The translations under genes were made by a program, and so were the position numbers. A stretch of DNA of 64,000 nucleotides from IMG/VR virus record IMGVR_UViG_3300011115_000575, positions 1,708-65,707 of that record; one strand, written 5' to 3'. The notes below the pieces were generated by a model that was not told the DNA's origin, did not search any database, and saw only the letters and a program-made list of their open reading frames with translations. The stretch comes from a virus. Its lineage: Duplodnaviria > Caudoviricetes. Numbering within the stretch: position 1 is the stretch's first letter; every line of letters begins with the position of its first letter. Positions 7,881 to 16,644 of the stretch are shown here, piece after piece.

Positions 7881-9307
7881 AAAAATCATCCCAAATTATT
7901 GACACAATGCTTGAGCAAGACTTGATAGCCTACTTGCTTGAGAATTCTCATAGTATTAATGAAGTTTCGAAAGTTATAACATCTGAATCCTTTACTGATC
8001 CATTGTTTAAGGCATCATTCTTTGCGATGGTTGACTTATCTTTAGATAAAGGTCTATTCACACGATTCGATGTATTTCGATTGCTTAAATCAAAGGAATC
8101 TGAATTAGGAATAAATTCTTCAAAGCTAATTTCGGTAATGCCTAATCGTTCTATCGATTCTATGCAAGTCGCATTTGCTTTAAAGGAGTTAGAGAATAAG
8201 AGAAGAATCTACGAGATGGCTGTTAGTCTTGTGTCGTGTATAGAAGATGGAGAAGAAGTTTCCACGATGACCACACTAATAGAGAATGGCTTAACGGATA
8301 TGATTGATGCCTCCGCATCTAAGGAAGTTTATGGTATCGACCAAATCTATGATGAAGTAATTGCAAAAATGGAAGCTTCTGCTGGAAGTGAGAAAACTTT
8401 TAGTGGCATCGACACCGGATCCCGAAAATTAAATTATGCGTTGGGCGGGTGGCAAGAAGGTATGTCAATCGTATCTGCAAGACCATCGATGGGTAAGACT
8501 ATAGTTGGACTTGACTTTGCTAAAGCTTGTGCTAAATCGGGAAAGAAGTGTTTGTATCTATCTCTTGAGATGCCGAAGGAGTCGTTGATTTACAGATACA
8601 TTTCATCAGAAGCATTTGAATACAATTACTCTGACCTAAAGGCTAATCGGATTAAACCCGAAGATGTCGAGAATATTAAACGTTCAAAAGCAAGGGAGTT
8701 AAAGAATCTTCCTATTTACTTTTATGATTCCGATAACAGGGATGTCAATTACTTATCAATGATGATGACTGCCGAAGTTCGCAAGAATGGAATTGATATG
8801 ATTGTAATTGATTATTTACAGCTTATGGGGGATAACCAAGTTAAAGGGCAAGATGATTTTACTCAAGTATCTAAAGTAAGTAATAAGATTCAGAAGCTAA
8901 CAAGGAAGTTAGGCATCCCAATCATTTGTTTATCGCAGTTGTCAAGGTCGGTTGAGTCAAGGGCTAATCGCCAGCCTATGCTATCAGATTTGCGGTCATC
9001 GGGCAATATTGAACAAGATGCTATCGTTGTAATTGGATTATATCGTGATGATTATTACAAGTATGTTGACGCAAAATCTAATAACCAACCCGTTGCCCCT
9101 ATGGATAATACGTTGAAGTTTATTATTCTAAAGAATAGGGATGGCGAAGTCGGAGATGTAAACAGATTTGTTGATGTTAAAACTAATCGAGTTGCTGATA
9201 GTGAAGAAGAACTCTTTCAGTTTACAAAGCCAGAAATATTATATCAGAATTCTGTATTAAATATTATGCCAAATGATTTTTCAAACGAAACAATAGCCCC
9301 ATTCTAA
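7874..9307 (+). CDS. dnaB: Replicative DNA helicase, DnaB family
   Basis: ARPSMGKT Walker A, SLEM, IDYLQL, LSQLSR, SDLRSSGNIEQDA, KNRDG. Confidence 0.95.
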   Translation: MVKKSSQIIDTMLEQDLIAYLLENSHSINEVSKVITSESFTDPLFKASFFAMVDLSLDKGLFTRFDVFRLLKSKESELGINSSKLISVMPNRSIDSMQVAFALKELENKRRIYEMAVSLVSCIEDGEEVSTMTTLIENGLTDMIDASASKEVYGIDQIYDEVIAKMEASAGSEKTFSGIDTGSRKLNYALGGWQEGMSIVSARPSMGKTIVGLDFAKACAKSGKKCLYLSLEMPKESLIYRYISSEAFEYNYSDLKANRIKPEDVENIKRSKARELKNLPIYFYDSDNRDVNYLSMMMTAEVRKNGIDMIVIDYLQLMGDNQVKGQDDFTQVSKVSNKIQKLTRKLGIPIICLSQLSRSVESRANRQPMLSDLRSSGNIEQDAIVVIGLYRDDYYKYVDAKSNNQPVAPMDNTLKFIILKNRDGEVGDVNRFVDVKTNRVADSEEELFQFTKPEILYQNSVLNIMPNDFSNETIAPF

Positions 9308-9308
9308 T

Positions 9309-9515
9309 ATGACACCTAAAGAAAAAGCAGAAGAAATTTATGATAAATGCCTAAATAAAATACAAGGATTAGAAGGCATAGTATGGTGGGAATCTGCCAA
9401 ACAATGTGCATTAATTACAGTAGATGAGATATTAAATAATGATTATCCTCCATTTGAGTTTGAATCTGATTTTATGTACTGGAATGAAGTTAAACAAGAA
9501 TTAGAAAAGCTATGA
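9309..9515 (+). CDS. Small hypothetical phage protein
   Basis: MTPKEKA...AKQCALI.VDEIL...YW.EVKQE pattern recalled from Bacteroidota phages. Confidence 0.7.
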   Translation: MTPKEKAEEIYDKCLNKIQGLEGIVWWESAKQCALITVDEILNNDYPPFEFESDFMYWNEVKQELEKL

Positions 9516-9664
9516 GCATACTAAAGAAAATGAAAAAGAAATGGTATGCTTTAAACTCGCATCGAATAGATGAGATAAAAGACCAAAAGGCGGGAGAAGA
9601 ATTAATGAGAATTGTTAAAGAATTAGACAACCATATAAAACAAAAATCAAATGAAAAAATATAG
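9512..9664 (+). CDS. Small hypothetical protein (50 aa)
   Basis: ATGA overlap with the previous gene; fills the gap. Confidence 0.45.
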   Translation: MSILKKMKKKWYALNSHRIDEIKDQKAGEELMRIVKELDNHIKQKSNEKI

Positions 9665-9911
9665 AATAATAGAAATTAAAGAGCCAGATATTATAAAAGT
9701 TTCTGAAATAGGTTGTTTGCCTTATATGCGTCAAATAGGCTACAGAGTGCAGTATAAAATTGAAGAGTTAAAAGAAATAAAACTTTTTCCTTGGGGTAAA
9801 AGAAAAGAATGGGTTGATATTGGAAACTATTATGAAAAAATAGAACACGCTGAATTTGATATTAAATTTTTTCAAACAGAATCAGTTAAAACTATAATAA
9901 AAGAATACTAA
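9651..9911 (+). CDS. Hypothetical protein
   Basis: Operon-packed ORF. Confidence 0.6.
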   Translation: MKKYRIIEIKEPDIIKVSEIGCLPYMRQIGYRVQYKIEELKEIKLFPWGKRKEWVDIGNYYEKIEHAEFDIKFFQTESVKTIIKEY

Positions 9912-10162
9912 TGGCAAATAAAAAAACAGCATTACAACGAGCAATACTCGTATTAAAGAAAAGACAATGGCTTTATGAAGGTGTTGATGATGAGATGGCT
10001 TCGGTAATAGAGGAATGCATTTTGGGTATCGAGAACTATCTTGATGTAGAACAAAAGCAGATTATAAAGGCATACAAAGATGGCATTGAAGATATGGCAA
10101 TAGGTCAATACTATAAACCAAAACATTATTTTGAAAATAACTTTAAACAACAAGACAAATGA
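9911..10162 (+). CDS. Hypothetical protein
   Basis: E.KQII.AY..G...Y.....F pattern; operon-packed. Confidence 0.65.
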   Translation: MANKKTALQRAILVLKKRQWLYEGVDDEMASVIEECILGIENYLDVEQKQIIKAYKDGIEDMAIGQYYKPKHYFENNFKQQDK

Positions 10163-10362
10163 GAACAATAACTAAATCTGTAATTAATTTATCTGAAATA
10201 CCAAAAGAATTACAAAACAATGAGCTATTGCTTGGACACAAGAAATACACTTTGATTGAATTTCATATCGATGATTCAGAGAATGATTTATTGACATTAT
10301 GGTTACTTAATAGCTATCCAACATTAAAACGTAAGATTAGTTTTTTTATTTATATAGATTAA
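10159..10362 (+). CDS. Hypothetical protein flanked by 20-bp direct repeats
   Basis: TTAAACAACAAGACAAATGA at 10143 and 10359. Confidence 0.6.
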   Translation: MRTITKSVINLSEIPKELQNNELLLGHKKYTLIEFHIDDSENDLLTLWLLNSYPTLKRKISFFIYID

Positions 10363-10374
10363 ACAACAAGACAA

Positions 10375-11148
10375 ATGAATGTATACAAAGAGTTAGCCAA
10401 ATTTAAAGGCATCAAGTATTATGATGAGCCACATAAGTATTTTATAGGCGAGCAAGAACTTACATCAGGAACTGCATTCATTGGAGGGTTTAAAGAGAAG
10501 TTTGATTCTGAAGGTCAGTCAGTTAAGTCAGCCAAGAAGAAAGGTGTATCCGTAGAGGAAATACTTGCAGATTGGGACTTTAAAGGAGATTTTTCTAGAA
10601 CTAAAGGAACTCTTTTGCATAACTATGCAGAGAATTATTGGCAAAATAAAGTGTTGCCACTTGACTACACTATTTATGATGAAAAGTTTGGCGAAGGCTT
10701 AATGAAAGAGAGGCTTGAGGAATGCATTAGAATGTTTCATAATTTTTATAATGAATCTAATTCAGCATTAATCCCTATTGCACTAGAGCTTGTGATTGGA
10801 GACGCAGAACTTGGAGTGGGAGGAATGGTTGATGGATTATTTTGGAATCAAAAGCACGGAGAGTTACAGATTTGGGATTATAAGACTAATAAAGAAATAG
10901 CTGAATACTCCAAGTATAAAAAGAGAATGAAGATACCAATCAATTTTCTTCACGATTGCGAGCTTGAAGGGTATTCAATTCAGTTAAATCTATATAAGTA
11001 TATCATAGAAAGAAATACAAACTTAAAAATCGGCAAATGCTACCTTGTGCATATCCACGAAGAACAAGAGAAGTATAATGTAATCGAGTGTAAAGAGTAC
11101 CAACATATTATTCAATTATTATTTGACTATAAAACCAAACAAAAATGA
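10375..11148 (+). CDS. PD-(D/E)XK exonuclease (Cas4/RecB-like)
   Basis: H.Y, GT.LH, GG.VD, IWDYKT, Y..QL.LY motifs. Confidence 0.85.
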   Translation: MNVYKELAKFKGIKYYDEPHKYFIGEQELTSGTAFIGGFKEKFDSEGQSVKSAKKKGVSVEEILADWDFKGDFSRTKGTLLHNYAENYWQNKVLPLDYTIYDEKFGEGLMKERLEECIRMFHNFYNESNSALIPIALELVIGDAELGVGGMVDGLFWNQKHGELQIWDYKTNKEIAEYSKYKKRMKIPINFLHDCELEGYSIQLNLYKYIIERNTNLKIGKCYLVHIHEEQEKYNVIECKEYQHIIQLLFDYKTKQK

Positions 11149-11432
11149 AAAAAATAATAGATCCCGTTGAAGATATAGTATCTGAAGCAGAAATTTCGGT
11201 TAGAGAAGCTTACCAAAGAGGATGGAATGATGGATATTCTGAATCTGGAGTAGTGCAAGATAAATTATCTGACCCACGCATTATATTAAAAGATTTTATC
11301 GTATTTATTAAAGGATTTAAGTTAGTTATATATGATAATGAAAAGTTTTTTTCTAATGGAGAACACGCTGTAACAGATGATTCTATTATATCTAATTTTT
11401 TATTACGATTTGACTATTACGATGAAGAATAA
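11145..11432 (+). CDS. Hypothetical protein
   Basis: Operon-packed ORF. Confidence 0.6.
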   Translation: MKKIIDPVEDIVSEAEISVREAYQRGWNDGYSESGVVQDKLSDPRIILKDFIVFIKGFKLVIYDNEKFFSNGEHAVTDDSIISNFLLRFDYYDEE

Positions 11433-11658
11433 TAAACCAAATTATAAAATGATAACTAACAAAACAAAGTTAAGCCTGATAAATGATGGCACAACGATTT
11501 CGGTTGAGTTTGACAATATTGACGTAGATTTAGACCAATATTTCCAAGCTTTCAAGACTCTATTAGTAGGAGCAACTTTTTCAGAAAAGCAATTTGATCA
11601 TTGGATTATTGATGAGGCAGAATTATTGAGCGACAACGAGGATAATAATGAGCGATAA
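11422..11658 (+). CDS. Hypothetical protein
   Basis: Start moved to ATG 11422. Confidence 0.55.
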   Translation: MKNNKPNYKMITNKTKLSLINDGTTISVEFDNIDVDLDQYFQAFKTLLVGATFSEKQFDHWIIDEAELLSDNEDNNER

Positions 11659-11874
11659 AGTTAAATATGTTTTACAAAACGATGCCTATTTGTGTAACAC
11701 GTTTTATGTTATTTGTGGTAAAAATCCATCATTAAATGAGAAAATGTCATATAATGAGGGTAAAATTCAACAAATAGTGTAACAAAGTTAGGGCATAATT
11801 GTTACAGATTTTGGTATTAACCCTACATATATTGGACAAAAAGTAAAGCTACAGCTTGACAAAACAAAAATCAA

Positions 11875-12102
11875 ATGACAAAGAAAATTAAATTAATGCA
11901 TTACCGAAAAGGTAAAAACGTAGCACGGGTAGATTACAATAACTTAAAAGTTGAATTTTTCGAAGAAAATAACTATCATTACAGATTGTTAGGAAGCAAT
12001 ACAGATAGAATAGAATCTAATCTAATGTATAATGATTGGAAAAAAATATATCCGAAAGAGTTTGATTCATTAAAAGATAAAATTAATCTCAATATCCAAT
12101 GA
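11875..12102 (+). CDS. Hypothetical protein
   Basis: Operon-packed ORF. Confidence 0.55.
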   Translation: MTKKIKLMHYRKGKNVARVDYNNLKVEFFEENNYHYRLLGSNTDRIESNLMYNDWKKIYPKEFDSLKDKINLNIQ

Positions 12103-12371
12103 TAATTAAAGAAGGATTAGACTTAAAATGTTTTATTCAAAACAATACCACATCAACTCTAAATGAATTATCTATAGGATATGAATTAGGGTCTTGTGAT
12201 TTAGCAATAACTACATTTTATAAAATAGATGTAATATCCCCGCTTCCTGATCCGTACGATTCTTCAAAAGAATATACAGAAATTCATTCTGGAGGTATGG
12301 TTTTTATATGTGAATTAAATTATTTACAAGTTAAAAATCTTATCAAAAATGTTTCATCATTATCGGTATAA
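12099..12371 (+). CDS. Hypothetical protein
   Basis: Operon-packed ORF. Confidence 0.6.
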   Translation: MIIKEGLDLKCFIQNNTTSTLNELSIGYELGSCDLAITTFYKIDVISPLPDPYDSSKEYTEIHSGGMVFICELNYLQVKNLIKNVSSLSV

Positions 12372-12531
12372 AAACATAAAGGGGTACGAGATAATATTAT
12401 TTGGTCACATAATTCGTGCAGAAAAATATTATAAGTATGCCCCATATGAATTAGTAACAAATGAAATAAAGCATATTTATTTTAACGGATATTATATCTA
12501 CGCAGTTAAATTATGGAGGAAGAGAAAATAG
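12349..12531 (+). CDS. Hypothetical protein
   Basis: Operon-packed ORF. Confidence 0.45.
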   Translation: MFHHYRYKNIKGYEIILFGHIIRAEKYYKYAPYELVTNEIKHIYFNGYYIYAVKLWRKRK

Positions 12532-12743
12532 ATTACTATAAAATTGCTATCGATTGGGGCAAGAACTATCTCTTAAATAACACAGAATCAAAGTCATTCA
12601 AATACAAAGTAGCAGAAACTATCTTAGATGATATTCATTTTGTTTCCACTAATGTATTTAGATTAGAAAATAGTAATTTAAGAGAGAGGCAAGCTTCATA
12701 TCGAAGAATAAGGGAATTTAAAAGATTCCTTGAGAATAAGTAA
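12513..12743 (+). CDS. Hypothetical protein
   Basis: Operon-packed ORF. Confidence 0.55.
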   Translation: MEEEKIDYYKIAIDWGKNYLLNNTESKSFKYKVAETILDDIHFVSTNVFRLENSNLRERQASYRRIREFKRFLENK

Positions 12744-12774
12744 AACTTATGTTGTTAAATTAATTGTTTTATAT

Positions 12775-12782
12775 TATATTTG
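12775..12782 (+). promoter_or_regulatory. Bacteroidota -7 promoter element
   Basis: TATATTTG upstream of ATG 12800. Confidence 0.55.
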
Positions 12783-12799
12783 TCAAAACCAAACATAAA

Positions 12800-13153
12800 A
12801 TGAGGAGATTATTAACAGACAACGAAATTCGTAATATGGTATGCTATTATGCTAAATGCCAATCGTTGAGAGATTTTATAGATGAGAAAGTTGTCCCTTC
12901 TCAATTCCATTATCAAAAAGTTAAGCAGTACACCAACCTTCTTATAGGAGAACTTGAAACGCAAGTCGATGTCGTTATGAAAGCTAACGGAGGCGAGGCT
13001 CAAGGGGATGTATTAGACCAATTTGTTAACGCATCTATTCAGTCTGACTATTTATTTGATGTAGCATTGAAGCTTGAAGGGATAGAGTATGATAAAAAAA
13101 TAGAGTGTGCAAAAAAAATATCAGATATACTTAAAGAATATGGAATCGAATAA
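12800..13153 (+). CDS. Hypothetical protein
   Basis: Start moved to ATG 12800. Confidence 0.65.
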   Translation: MRRLLTDNEIRNMVCYYAKCQSLRDFIDEKVVPSQFHYQKVKQYTNLLIGELETQVDVVMKANGGEAQGDVLDQFVNASIQSDYLFDVALKLEGIEYDKKIECAKKISDILKEYGIE

Positions 13154-13496
13154 CGAAAACATCACAACATTTACAGATAGCATAGTATTTGATACTATCA
13201 AAGACCTTGCAAGCAGAGCTGAGGTAGGCTTGAATAAGTATAACAAGACAATGGATAGGGAAGACTTAATTGCATCTGACTGGGTGCAACACGCTTATGA
13301 GGAGTGTTTAGACATGGCATTGTATCTAAAGCGTTTAAGAAAAGATATGCTTGCAATGGAGGAAGAATTAAGGGCATTTAAAACGCAGAATATGATTAAA
13401 GATAAATTGGAAGAAGAATTAGATAATAAAATTGGCACGAAAATTGTATACAATACAATACCGAAACCAAACAAAAAATATGCGTGGCATCATTAA
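13140..13496 (+). CDS. All-alpha nucleotide pyrophosphohydrolase-like protein (MazG/dUTPase-like fold)
   Basis: R...G..KY..T.DR.DL...W..HA.EE..D.A.Y motif. Confidence 0.5.
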   Translation: MESNNENITTFTDSIVFDTIKDLASRAEVGLNKYNKTMDREDLIASDWVQHAYEECLDMALYLKRLRKDMLAMEEELRAFKTQNMIKDKLEEELDNKIGTKIVYNTIPKPNKKYAWHH

Positions 13497-13531
13497 TAGT
13501 AGTTTTTCATAATTGTGTTTAAGGATTAAAA

Positions 13532-13558
13532 GTACCCTGCCTTGCGGGGTATTTTTAT
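13532..13558 (+). terminator. Rho-independent terminator
   Basis: TACCCTGC-ctt-GCGGGGTA followed by a T-rich run. Confidence 0.75.
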
Positions 13559-13594
13559 TTTAACTAAACATTTTGTTTTATAACATATTTGTAT

Positions 13595-13602
13595 TAAATT
13601 TG
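13595..13602 (+). promoter_or_regulatory. Bacteroidota -7 promoter element
   Basis: TAAATTTG upstream of ATG 13622. Confidence 0.55.
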
Positions 13603-13621
13603 CGTAACAATCACACATTAA

Positions 13622-13801
13622 ATGAAAAAACAAACTTACATCGATGTGCTCTGCAAGGCGGAGGCTATCGCACAAGACCCAAAAAGTTTAAAAAATAATG
13701 GAAGATTTAAAATGCCCGTTCAACGTAGATTATCAAGGTTATCTGCAAGAATAGGATTTTTGAGTCAATTTGAAAAACCAAGTGAAGAGTACAATTATTA
13801 A
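13622..13801 (+). CDS. Small basic protein (59 aa, not in ORF track)
   Basis: MKKQTYIDVLCKAEAIAQDPK...; first ORF after the promoter. Confidence 0.55.
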   Translation: MKKQTYIDVLCKAEAIAQDPKSLKNNGRFKMPVQRRLSRLSARIGFLSQFEKPSEEYNY

Positions 13802-13824
13802 TCATTTAAAACCAAACAAAAATT

Positions 13825-14535
13825 ATGGCACGATCAGATGCTTATTCGGTTAAAGCCGAAACTCCTGTTAAGAAGTACATTAAATGGTCTTCTAACAAAA
13901 AATGTTTCACATTCTATGACAAGAATTTGAAAGCCGAAAGGGATGTTAAATTACCTTTAACATTGATTTACTTTGATTCATATTCAAGTATCAAAGGTTT
14001 TAGTGACAAATCGCAATCATCTATTTATTCTAATGAAGTTAAGTCTACTAAGACTGAACCATTGGTTGTACGCTCATTTAAAGGTGGAGAAATTGTAAGC
14101 GGTCTATATCAAGACATTAAACTTAAAGTCGTTGAAGAAGGTGGTCATTACAATGCAAGTGTATATGCTATGCTTGAGGGAGAGATTATCAACATTGAAA
14201 TGAAGGGTGCTGTGCTTCAACATTGGTCTAATTTTACAAAAGATAATTTCAATAAGTTTTTAAAAAATGAAATTGTAATTAAGACAGCATTAGATGCCAA
14301 GAAAGGTGCGGTTAATTATTCAGTTCCTGTGTTTACATTAGGAGGCGAGATTTCTGATGCCAATGGTAAACAAGGAGACATCTTATTTGATGAGTTACAA
14401 GCATACTTTGTAGCCCGTAAGGCACAAGGGAATGTAGATGACCAACAACATAATGTTCAAGCTGAAGAGCCATTATCTATTCGTCCACTTGAAGAACCAG
14501 TTTTTGAAACAGAAGATAATCCATTACCTTTTTAA
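13825..14535 (+). CDS. Single-stranded DNA-binding protein-like
   Basis: Acidic tail ending EDNPLPF; replication/recombination context. Confidence 0.6.
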   Translation: MARSDAYSVKAETPVKKYIKWSSNKKCFTFYDKNLKAERDVKLPLTLIYFDSYSSIKGFSDKSQSSIYSNEVKSTKTEPLVVRSFKGGEIVSGLYQDIKLKVVEEGGHYNASVYAMLEGEIINIEMKGAVLQHWSNFTKDNFNKFLKNEIVIKTALDAKKGAVNYSVPVFTLGGEISDANGKQGDILFDELQAYFVARKAQGNVDDQQHNVQAEEPLSIRPLEEPVFETEDNPLPF

Positions 14536-14536
14536 T

Positions 14537-15007
14537 ATGTCGGAAATAGTTCAACTAAGACAATCCCCAATCTTCTCTGCAAATAAGTCAGAGATGGTTG
14601 GGATGGTTAATTCTTATTTAGAAGAGTTAGCATTTAATGGAGGAGAGCCATTAAAGGATTTGATTTTATGTAGGAAATATTTTTTCTTACTTGAAGAAAT
14701 CGAAAAAGGATTGAAAGATTACGCAATGAGCGAACTGAAATCTCACGATGGAAGTGAAGCAGAGATGTATGATTCAGTACTTAAAGAAGTAGAGTCGGGA
14801 GTTAAATATGACTTTTCGGCAACATCTGCTTGGGTAGCACAAAAGAAAAAAGTCGAAGAAGAAGCATCTAAGTTAAAAGAAATTGAAGCTTTTATAAAAG
14901 GATGTAAGGCTAAGACAACTATTGTAGATGAACAAACAGGAGAGGTGTCGGAATATTTCCCTGCGTCAAAAACAAGTTCAACATCCATTCGTATAACACT
15001 TAAATAA
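14537..15007 (+). CDS. Hypothetical protein
   Basis: Start moved to ATG 14537. Confidence 0.65.
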   Translation: MSEIVQLRQSPIFSANKSEMVGMVNSYLEELAFNGGEPLKDLILCRKYFFLLEEIEKGLKDYAMSELKSHDGSEAEMYDSVLKEVESGVKYDFSATSAWVAQKKKVEEEASKLKEIEAFIKGCKAKTTIVDEQTGEVSEYFPASKTSSTSIRITLK

Positions 15008-15114
15008 AATGAATTCATTTAATCAAGTGTGGGCAAATATCCACCATCAATTAGAATTGACTCATCGAATTAAGATTGAGCAAGCAAAACTAAAGTTCAA
15101 ATTAGAAAAAGAAA

Positions 15115-15339
15115 ATGAAGAAAGACTTAATAAAAAAGCTAAGAGCTGAATTGGGGATGACTCTATCAGAATTTGCAAAAGCATCGGGAGTTAATTCATT
15201 TCAACAAATATGGTTATATGAATCAGGAAAAAGGCAACTTGGATACAATCTACTTAATCGTATTATCTGTACTCTTGCGTCTAATGGATACTTAGTTTCG
15301 CTTGATATAACTGTCATGATTAACGATAAAAAACTTTGA
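15115..15339 (+). CDS. XRE-family HTH protein
   Basis: IKKLRAELGMTLSEFAKASGV....IWLYESGKR. Confidence 0.85.
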   Translation: MKKDLIKKLRAELGMTLSEFAKASGVNSFQQIWLYESGKRQLGYNLLNRIICTLASNGYLVSLDITVMINDKKL

Positions 15340-15340
15340 T

Positions 15341-15550
15341 ATGGAAGATGCAAGATTTGATAAGTTGTTGTATACAGACAAGGAACTTAGAGGGATGTTG
15401 GGGATTACTGCAAGGAAACTTGCTCATTATCGAAAGGAAAAGTTTATTGTTTATATAGATACAAAGCCAATTCGCTATACAAGGAAAATGATACAAGACT
15501 TTTTAGAATATGTTAACAAGTATCCCGGATCCCTAGTTTCTAAAAAATAA
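15341..15550 (+). CDS. MerR/excisionase-like HTH protein
   Basis: LYTDKELRGMLGITARKLAHYRK...IRYT...IQDFL. Confidence 0.7.
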   Translation: MEDARFDKLLYTDKELRGMLGITARKLAHYRKEKFIVYIDTKPIRYTRKMIQDFLEYVNKYPGSLVSKK

Positions 15551-15553
15551 TTA

Positions 15554-15754
15554 ATGATTAATCCTAGTAATCTAAAACCAGCCGAAAGGCTAGATGAGAT
15601 AATGGAACTCTCCAACAAGTACGGAGTAGTTTCCATTGTCTCTTATTTTTTAAATGAATTATCAAAAAATGCAAATCATAAAAGTTTTGCTGATGAGTGT
15701 TATTGGAAAGATGTAGAGGAAGAATTTAAATCAAGACTTAAATATGATATTTGA
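15554..15754 (+). CDS. Hypothetical protein
   Basis: YWKDVEEE tail resembles the 9309 ORF. Confidence 0.55.
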   Translation: MINPSNLKPAERLDEIMELSNKYGVVSIVSYFLNELSKNANHKSFADECYWKDVEEEFKSRLKYDI

Positions 15755-16145
15755 CGAAGAGATTGACCAATTCGTTATTGTTTGGGAGGGGGTAGATTTA
15801 TCCTTGAATAAATGGTATGCCAACAGGCATTGGTCTTTTAGAAATAAAGAAAAAGAATTTTGGTCTAACCTATTCTTAAAGTTGCTCCCTAAGAGAACAA
15901 AAAAGATTGACAAGTATATGATTACCCTATACTTTAATAGTCGCTTAGATGCAAGCAATACCGTGCCTATGATTAAAATTTTTGAGGATACGATGAAGAA
16001 ATCTCATTACATTATTGATGACTCCAAGAAATTCTGCAAGGGCATATGTATTTTCCCCGATGAGGAACTTGGTAAAAAAAATTATAAACTAATCGTTCAT
16101 ATTATATCTTATGCTACTAAAGAAAGTAAAGCTTATCGCTCCTAA
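15744..16145 (+). CDS. rusA: RusA-like Holliday junction resolvase
   Basis: SLN..Y, RLD.SN....K...D....IIDD motif. Confidence 0.7.
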   Translation: MIFDEEIDQFVIVWEGVDLSLNKWYANRHWSFRNKEKEFWSNLFLKLLPKRTKKIDKYMITLYFNSRLDASNTVPMIKIFEDTMKKSHYIIDDSKKFCKGICIFPDEELGKKNYKLIVHIISYATKESKAYRS

Positions 16146-16644
16146 TAATTATCAGCATACATTGTCTGAATTATTTATGAAGGAAGTCTACTCTACTAAC
16201 AAGGAGCAATACGACAAAAGAAACCAAACACAAAGAAGTAAAGTCGAATCAGATATTTACATTGGTAAAATGGCGGAGTTTGCGGTATGGAATTTCCTTG
16301 TAAATCAGAGTAAGTTAGCGACATTCCCCGATATCGGAGTGTACCCTAAAGAATTGAAGTCATTTGATGCAGACATCACATCTGGCGATGTAAAGATTCA
16401 CGTCAAGTGTTGTATGGAAGTGTGGGATTATCAGAACTCTTGGGTATTCCAACCTAATGATTCTTTATGCACATCTCCATCCGAAAAAGAATTCATCGCC
16501 TTTGTTATCTGCTCGCCCGATAAAAAGTTTGAAGCATATTTTGTTTTAGCTTCAAAAGTAATTGGGATGTATCGACCTCCAAGAAAAGAAAGTCTCGACA
16601 AGAAAGTAATTTACGAAGAAAATCTAATGGTATTAGAAGTATGA
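16111..16644 (+). CDS. Putative PD-(D/E)XK restriction-endonuclease-fold protein
   Basis: GKMAEFAV...DADI......IHVK; overlaps the MTase start. Confidence 0.45.
   Translation: MLLKKVKLIAPNNYQHTLSELFMKEVYSTNKEQYDKRNQTQRSKVESDIYIGKMAEFAVWNFLVNQSKLATFPDIGVYPKELKSFDADITSGDVKIHVKCCMEVWDYQNSWVFQPNDSLCTSPSEKEFIAFVICSPDKKFEAYFVLASKVIGMYRPPRKESLDKKVIYEENLMVLEV

Noticed and set aside
10375-11148. Cas4 as part of a CRISPR-Cas system
   Set aside because: Stand-alone phage exonuclease; no cas1/cas2 or array, and no Fe-S cysteine cluster seen.
11690-11716. dif-like Xer site (TTATGTTA)
   Set aside because: Only a partial XerD-like arm; no convincing XerC arm.
15341-15550. Excisionase implying an integrated prophage
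   Set aside because: No integrase, att site or host genes in the window.
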